Origin: Macrostomum lignano
Taxonomy: Eukaryota
Direction: 5' to 3'
DNA: 64,000 nt
Assembly: GCA_002269645.1 (NCBI GenBank)
Contig: NIVC01002553.1
Coordinates: 98,112 to 162,111 of the forward strand
Part shown: positions 55,861-64,000 of the stretch, one piece after another
Layout: every line of letters begins with the position of its first letter
How positions within the stretch are numbered: the first letter of the stretch is position 1
Translations under genes and position numbers: made by a program
Notes under the pieces: generated by a model
What the model was told of the DNA's origin: nothing
Database searches by the model: none
Seen by the model: only the letters and a program-made list of their open reading frames with translations

Positions 55861-56289
55861 TAGACAAGCACGCACAAGTACATTTATCAATCCCCTATTC
55901 ATGATAGGTGACTGAAAGAAAACTGACAGAATGAAAGCTGAAATGGAAAATAATAATATAATTGATACTGACAGATCTGTGACAGAATGGGGATAGAAGG
56001 GCGAAATGCAATTTCCCTCAGAGACTCAGACGTAGTCGCTGGTCAGTCACCCAAACACCTGTCGCAGCTAGTATCCTGTTTCTATGCAAAATAAATCAAT
56101 AAAATCTGATAAGCACAAAAGGAATGCACACAAAATCCCTTTTTTTTGCTCGATTCGCGATCCAAGCAGTGCAATGATTCTGTCTGTACGTGATTAAAAA
56201 TGATTTCGGTGCTGTTGCTTTGCTGACCGATACGGATCACTCTGTGGGTGCCCGCTAAGCCTTATCAAACCAGACCCTGTGGTACGCTC

Positions 56290-56805
56290 GTAAGTCCCCA
56301 CTTTGAGCAGATGCTTAGGTAAGTCCCCACTTTAAGCAGATGCTCAGGTAAGTCCCCTACTTTAAGCAGATGCTCAGGTAAGTCCCCACTTTAAGTAGAT
56401 GCTCAGGTAAGTCCCCACTTTAAGCAGATGCTCAGGTAAGTCCCCTACTTTAAGCAGATGCTCAGGTAAGTCCCCTACTTTAAGCAGATGCTCAGGTAAG
56501 TCCCCACTTTAAGCAGATGCTCAGGTAAGTCCCCACTTTGAGCAGATGCTCAAGTAAGTCCCCACTTTGAGCAGATGCTCAGGTAAGTCCCCACTTTGAG
56601 CAGATGCTCAGGTAAGTCCCCACTTTGAGCAGATGCTCAGGTAAGTCCCCACTTTGAGCAGATGCTCAGGTAAGTCCTCACTTTGAGCAGATGCTCAGGT
56701 AAGTCCCCCACTTTGAGCAGATGCTCAGGTAAGTCCTCATACTTTGAGCAGATGCTCAGGTAAGTCCCCACTTTGAGCAGATGCTCAGGTAAGTCCTCAT
56801 ACTTT
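56290..56805. repeat. 29-bp minisatellite (TAAGTCCCCACTTTGAGCAGATGCTCAGG)
   Basis: About 17 copies. Confidence 0.95.
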
Positions 56806-58374
56806 TACCATAGCGCCCAAATTACAATTTTGTTTTTTCAGTTGCTTGAACAAACAAATTTTCGAGCGTTAAAAAATGACTGAAATGATGAGGCTACAAT
56901 CGATACGCCTCAGCATCCCACTCGTTTCCTCATCCCTCATTCCACGTCGCCTAAATGAAGCCACGATCATTAATTATTAATGAGCTGGCTGGATTGGGAG
57001 GGGAATGGAGCTGGGAGAGGCGAGTCAGAGAGAGGGAGAAAACAACTCATCCAAAAGCTTAGAAACGAATGAGCCGCCAAATATCCTATAAAGTGGCTTG
57101 TCGTGTTGAATGAGGTCTGTGCCGACTTCCCAGCAAACTAGAGAGTCCCTGAGCTGGCACTACTGACAGATTTGGTGCCTGATTGTACACCTCAATATCT
57201 AACTTGCCCTCTCCGTGTCCGCGTCCCTCTCCTGACTGTCCGGATGGAGGGAGGGTTGGCTGCGCCGCCTGAACCATTTCCTGTCTGTCCCGGAAGTCCC
57301 ATAGGAGTTATAATCGTATGCTACCCTTTCCCTGCACTTATCGAATGAGCAGGGGGAGCCGCACCGCGTCCAGAGCAGGATTGACAGTTGGGTGACGCGG
57401 GCGACTGATCTGGGATCTGGGAGCCACCGCGCCTCTCTCCTCGACAGTCTGTCTCAGAAAACTCCAATCTAAAAACGAAGAGCCGTGCTTGTTTTTTCTA
57501 CTCTTTAGATTTCGCCCTCCTGGGGGAATAGAGGGCCTTTAGTATTGACTTATTGACGTATTTGACCGGTCCAATGTATTCCGGAGCGAGCCGCTTAGAA
57601 TTAAAATCACTTTCTGAGCTCAGATTTCCCAGCAGCATTCAAACTATGGAGGCTCAACTTAGAATTTATTAATAAATCCAGACCACCTGTGTACGCGGGA
57701 GGTTCATGGGTGAGTGATCGATTCTGTGCTTTCAAGAGAGAAGAGAGCGAAGGAGTGTTTTAGTAGCGGTTACAAGGCAGGTAGGGTAGGGTGGAAGAGA
57801 GTGGAATTGTGGCGAGAAGAAAGAAGAAAGCAAAAAGAAACCGACCGGTAGAGTGAGAAGAAGGCAAACAGAATGCAATGAAAATTGCAGAAATAATCAT
57901 AATTGCAGGGCCTTGCGGGACACCCTGGCGTAACGCCTTCGGCGACGCGGTCCCATCGACCAACGCCAAGGCACTTCTGAGGGCAGCAGAAAGGTCTATC
58001 AGTCATCCGATTCCAGCTTGTGAGGCCGGAAGTGAACCAATAAAATTGAGCCCTCCAGCCTCGCGCACAGTCAGTCAATTGTTGAGTAACAATGAAAAAA
58101 TTCTTCTGGATAAGAATTACTGCTTCTCAGCATCATATACATGCAGCAGTGCTTATTTGACTCTTAACTTTACAGCCGCTCTCCCTCTTCTTTCTCCAAC
58201 ATTTTTTTTAATTTATCGCTACTTCCATATCCGACGCTGTTGTGTTAACTTCGCTCACTTGGCTGGAGGTCCCAACAGCCTTGGCTTTTTATTTTATTTT
58301 ATTGATCAATTTAGAATCATTTCGGTTTTCTATTTTCTTCTCTCGTTTCCTTGCTAGATATAATGTGGGACAAA

Positions 58375-58735
58375 TGAGACAAGCGTGCTAACTAGACAAG
58401 CGTGTAAATGGGACAAGCGTGCTAACGGACTGGGACAGCGTGCAAATGGGACAAGCGTGCAAATGGGACAAGCGTGCTAACGGACTGGGACAGCGTGCAA
58501 ATCGGGCAAGCGTGCAAATGAGATAAGCGTGCTAATGGGACAAGCGTGCTAACGGGACAAGCGTGCAACTCGGAAAAGCGTGCAAATGGGACAAGCGTGC
58601 AGATGTGACAAGCGTGTTAATGGTAGAAGCGTGCTAATGGGACAAGCGTGCTAATGGGACAAGCGTGCTAATGGGACAAGCGTGCTAATGGTACAAGCGT
58701 GCTAATGGGACAAGCTTGCAGATGGGACAAGCTTG
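58375..58735. repeat. 17-bp minisatellite (GGGACAAGCGTGCTAAT)
   Basis: About 20 copies. Confidence 0.9.
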
Positions 58736-59464
58736 AACATTCAATATGCTTTGTCCACAATGGAAATCTTTGTCAAAAATGAAACGAACATGTCAAAAAA
58801 TTCTAATTCTTTTGATGCAAAACATTTCTTATCGCTTTGAAGATCTTCTGGTTTGCAAAGCTGCTATGCATTATTTAGTGTAGCCTGTCAGTCTCATAGG
58901 CCGGTCAAACCACTTCTTTTCCATCAACTTCTTTTGTTGTCTCTCTTCCTCTCTCCCGCCCTACTCAAGGAGTCACTCATCTCTGGCCCCTACAGCCTGT
59001 CAGTCGCTCATCCTTGGCATTCTCCCTCCATTTCTCTGCCCAAAGCCTCTCCATCCTCTCTGCAAATCTACTTGAAAAGCCTGCCACAGACGCTGGGGGC
59101 CTTTCTAACATCTGTCAAATTGTCCCTGATGCATGTGTCTTCTAGGAAGCAGATCGCACAAAACACGGATGCTGAAATATATTTTTTTTCGTCTGTAGGC
59201 AGAATAAAAGAGCAAGAAGGCTGGAAAGAGCAAAGATTTTGGGGATTATTCAGCTCCCTTATTTTCTGCTGCGGCAGTCAATGCTTGACTTACTGCACTA
59301 TAGGGGAAGTCAATTGCCTGCACTGGAGTCGCGTCCTTCAGGTTGGCAGTTCCTGACATGTCGATAATTATGCTTATTTATCCTGGTATGATTTTGGTTG
59401 CGCTGTCTCTTACGTGTACTAATGCCGTGATTGAAATACAATGATTTCTGAAGGACACTTGAGG

Positions 59465-62400
59465 GTAGCGGAAAGGCAGATTCAAGGACACTGAGGAGAG
59501 GCAGATTCAAGGACACTGAGGAGAGGCAGATTCAAGGACACTGAGGGGAGCAGAGAGGCAGATTCAAGGACACTGAAGAGAGGCAGATTCAAGGACACTG
59601 AGGAGAGGCAGATTCAAGGACACTGAGGCAGCGGAGAGGCAGATTCAAGGACACTGAGGAGAGGCAGATTCAAGGACACTGAGGGGAGCAGAGAGGCAGA
59701 TTCAAGGACACTGAGGAGAGGCAGATTCAAGGACACTGAGGAGAGGCAGATTCAAGGACACTGAGGGGAGCAGAGAGGCAGATTCAAGGACACTGAGGGG
59801 AGCAGAGAGGCAGATTCAAGGACACTGAGGCAGCGGAGAGGCAGGGTCAAGGACACTGAGGGGAGCGGAGAAGCAGATTCAAGGACACTGAGGGGAGCAG
59901 AGAGGCAGATTCAAGGACACTGAGGGGAGCAGAGAGGCAGATTCAAGGACACTGAGGCAGCGGAAAGGCAGATTCAAGGACACTGAGGAGTGGCAGATTC
60001 AAGGACACTGAGGAGAGGCAGATTCAAGGACACTGAGGAGAGGCAGATTCAAGGACACTGAGGAGAGGCAGATTCAAGGACACTGAGGAGAGGCAGATTC
60101 AAGGACACTGAGGGGAGCGGAGAGGCAGATTCAAGGACACTGAGGGGAGCAGAGAGGCAGATTCAAGGACACTGAGGCAGCGGAGAGGCAGATTCAAGGA
60201 CACTGAGGGGAGCAGAGAGGCAGATTCAAGGACACTGAGGGGAGCGGAGAGGCAGATTCAAGGACACTGAGGGGAGCGGAGAGGCAGATTCAAGGACACT
60301 GAGGAGAGGCAGATTCAAGGACACTGAGGGGAGCAGAGAGGCAGATTCAAGGACACTGAGGCAGCGGAGAGGCAGGGTCAAGGACACTGAGGGGAGCGGA
60401 GAAGCAGATTCAAGGACACTGAGGGGAGCAGAGAGGCAGATTCAAGGACACTGAGGGGAGCAGAGAGGCAGATTCAAGGACACTGAGGCAGCGGAAAGGC
60501 AGATTCAAGGACACTGAGGAGAGGCAGATTCAAGGACACTGAGGGGAGGCAGATTCAAGGACACTGAGGAGAGGCAGATTCAAGGACACTGAGGAGAGGC
60601 AAATTCAAGGACACTGAGGGGAGCAGAGAGGCAGATTCAAGGACACTGAGGAGAGGCAGATTAAAGGACACTGAGGGGAGCGGAGAAGCAGATTCAAGGA
60701 CACTGAGGGGAGCAGAGAGGCACATTCAAGGACACTGAGGGGAGCGGAGAGGCAGATTCAAGGACACTGAGGGGAGCGGAGAGGCAGATTCAAGGACACT
60801 GAGGGGAGCAGAGAGGCAGATTCAAGGACACTGAGGGGAGCGGAGAGGCAGATTCAAGGACACTGAGGAGAGGCAGATTCAAGGACACTGAGGGGAGCAG
60901 AGAGGCAGATTCAAGGACACTGAGGAGAGGCAGATTCAAGGACACTGAGGAGAGGCAGATTCAAGGACACTGAGGGGAGCAGAGAGGCAGATTCAAGGAC
61001 ACTGAGGGGAGCAGAGAGGCAGATTCAAGGACACTGAGGCAGCGGAGAGGCAGGGTCAAGGACACTGAGGGGAGCGGAGAAGCAGATTCAAGGACACTGA
61101 GGGGAGCAGAGAGGCAGATTCAAGGACACTGAGGGGAGCGGAGAGGCAGATTCAAGGACACTGAGGGGAGCGGAGAAGCAGATTCAAGGACACTGAGGGG
61201 AGCGGAGAGGCAGATTCAAGGACACTGAGGAGAGGCAGATTCAAGGACACTGAGGGGAGCAGAGAGGCAGATTCAAGGACACTGAGGAGAGGCAGATTCA
61301 AGGACACTGAGGAGAGGCAGATTCAAGGACACTGAGGGGAGCAGAGAGGCAGATTCAAGGACACTGAGGGGAGCAGAGAGGCAGATTCAAGGACACTGAG
61401 GCAGCGGAGAGGCAGGGTCAAGGACACTGAGGGGAGCGGAGAAGCAGATTCAAGGACACTGAGGGGAGCAGAGAGGCAGATTCAAGGACACTGAGGGGAG
61501 CGGAGAGGCACATTCAAGGACACTGAGGGGAGCGGAGAGGCAGATTCAAGGACACTGAGGGAGCGGAGAGGCAGATTCAAGGACACTGAGGAGAGGCAGA
61601 TTCAAGGACACTGAGGGGAGCAGAGAGGCAGATTCAAGGACACTGAGGAGAGGCAGATTCAAGGACACTGAGGGGAGCAGAGAGGCAGATTCAAGGACAC
61701 TGTGGAGAGGCAGATTCAAGGACACTGAGGGGAGCAGAGAGGCAGATTCAAGGACACTGAGGGGAGCGGAGAGGCAGATTCAAGGACACTGAGGAGAGGC
61801 AGATTCAAGGACACTGAGGGGAGCAGAGAGGCAGATTCAAGGACACTGAGGAGTGGCAGATTCAAGGACACTGAGGAGAGGCAGATTCAAGGACACTGAG
61901 GGGAGCAGAGAGGCAGATTCAAGGACACTGAGGGGAGCAGAGAGGCAGATTCAAGGACACTGAGGGGAGCGGAGAGGCAGGGTCAAGGACACTGAGGGGA
62001 GCGGAGAAGCAGATTCAAGGACACTGAGGGGAGCGGAGAAGCAGATTCAAGGACACTGAGGGGAGCGGAGAGGCAGATTCAAGGACACTGAGGGGAGCAG
62101 AGAGGCAGATTCAAGGACACTGAGGCAGCGGAGAGGCAGATTCAAGGACACTGAGGAGAGGCAGATTCAAGGACACTGAGGGGAGCGGAGAAGCAGATTC
62201 AAGGACACTGAGGGGAGCGGAGAAGCAGATTCAAGGACACTGAGGGGAGCAGAGAGGCAGATTCAAGGACACTGAGGGGAGCGGAGAGGCAGATTCAAGG
62301 ACACTGAGGGGAGCAGAGAGGCAGATTCAAGGACACTGAGGGGAGGCAGATTCAAGGACACTGAGGGGAGGCAGATTCAAGGACACTGAGGAGAGGCAGA

Positions 62401-64000
62401 TTCAAGGACACTGAGGAGAGCAGAGAGGCAGATTCAAGGACACTGAGGGGAGCGGAGAGGCAGATTCAAGGACACTGAGGGGAGCGGAGAGGCAGATTCA
62501 AGGACACTGAGGGGAGCGGAGAGGCAGATTCAAGGACACTGAGGAGAGGCAGATTCAAGGACACTGAGGGGAGCAGAGAGGCAGATTCAAGGACACTGAG
62601 GAGAGGCAGATTCAAGGACACTGAGGAGAGGCAGATTCAAGGACACTGAGGGGAGCAGAGAGGCAGATTCAAGGACACTGAGGGGAGCAGAGAGGCAGAT
62701 TCAAGGACACTGAGGCAGCGGAGAGGCAGGGTCAAGGACACTGAGGGGAGCGGAGAAGCAGATTCAAGGACACTGAGGGGAGCAGAGAGGCAGATTCAAG
62801 GACACTGAGGGGAGCGGAGAGGCAGATTCAAGGACACTGAGGGGAGCGGAGAGGCAGATTCAAGGACACTGAGGAGAGGCAGATTCAAGGACACTGAGGG
62901 GAGCAGAGAGGCAGATTCAAGGACACTGAGGGAGCGGAGAGGCAGATTCAAGGACACTGAGGGGAGCGGAGAGGCAGATTCAAGGACACTGAGGAGAGGC
63001 AGATTCAAGGACACTGAGGGGAGCAGAGAGGCAGATTCAAGGACACTGAGGAGAGGCAGATTCAAGGACACTGAGGAGAGGCAGATTCAAGGACACTGAG
63101 GGGAGCAGAGAGGCAGATTCAAGGACACTGAGGGGAGCAGAGAGGCAGATTCAAGGACACTGAGGGGAGCGGAGAGGCAGGGTCAAGGACACTGAGGGGA
63201 GCGGAGAAGCAGATTCAAGGACACTGAGGGGAGCAGAGAGGCAGATTCAAGGACACTGAGGGGAGCGGAGAGGCAGATTCAAGGACACTGAGGGGAGCGG
63301 AGAGGCAGATTCAAGGACACTGAGGGGAGCGGAGAAGCAGATTCAAGGACACTGAGGGGAGCGGAGAGGCAGATTCAAGGACACTGAGGGGAGCGGAGAG
63401 GCAGATTCAAGGACACTGAGGGGAGCGGAGAAGCAGATTTAAGGACACTGAGGAGAGGCAGATTCAAGGACACTGAGGGAGCGGAGAAGCAGATTCAAGG
63501 ACACTGAGGGGAGCGGAGAGGCAGATTCAAGGACACTGAGGGGAGCAGAGAGGCAGATTCAAGGACACTGAGGGGAGGCAGATTCAAGGACACTGAGAGG
63601 AGGCAGATTCAAGGACACTGAGGAGAGGCAGATTCAAGGACACTGAGGAGAGGCAGATTCAAGGACACTGAGGAGAGCAGAGAGGCAGATTCAAGGACAC
63701 TGAGGGGAGCAGAGAGGCAGATTCAAGGACACTGAGGGGAGCAGAGAGGCAGATTCAAGGACACTGAGGAGAGGCAGATTCAAGGACACTGAGGAGAGGC
63801 AGATTCAAGGACACTGAGGAGAGCAGAGAGGCAGATTCAAGGACACTGAGGAGGCGAGAGGCAGATTCAAGGACACTGAGGGGAGCGGAGAGGCAGATTC
63901 AAGGACACTGAGGGGAGCGGAGAGGCAGATTCAAGGACACTGAGGAGAGGCAGATTCAAGGACACTGAGGGGAGCAGAGAGGCAGATTCAAGGACACTGA
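59465..64000. repeat. More than 4.5-kb satellite of 24/32-bp units (GAGGCAGATTCAAGGACACTGAGG with or without GGAGC(A/G)GA), runs off the right edge
   Basis: About 150 units. Confidence 0.97.

Noticed and set aside
58880-59200. Possible minus-strand RTE-like LINE C-terminal relic (LLPRR...KGPQRLW)
   Set aside because: Too degenerate to support by eye; needs tblastn

Overview
Eukaryotic (animal) genomic DNA, very rich in minisatellites, with GC-rich, Ala/Gln-rich exons. The style resembles a free-living flatworm such as Macrostomum, but this is an inference. Left part (3.8-15.4 kb): five compact minus-strand genes in a row, in transcription order SGF11/ATXN7L3-like, ecdysoneless (ECD), NUPR1/p8-like, E2F4/5-like and a calcineurin-B-homologous (CHP) EF-hand gene, possibly an operon-like cluster. 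15.6-22 kb: a full-length tRNA-derived SINE with target-site duplication (TSD), a CpG-erased AT-rich transposon relic, and a 5'-truncated RNase H-bearing LINE inserted (13-bp TSD) into a Ty3/gypsy gag-protease remnant. 22.7-23.8 kb: a secreted fibrinogen-related protein. 25.2-46.5 kb: an about 19-exon Dscam-like receptor gene with the 9Ig-4FN3-Ig-2FN3-TM layout, no duplicated variable exons, and a different minisatellite in most introns. The rest is mostly tandem repeats. The most unusual signal is a dispersed SINE-related family in which two copies keep complementary relics of a minimal type-I hammerhead ribozyme core. All alignments and splice models were made by eye.
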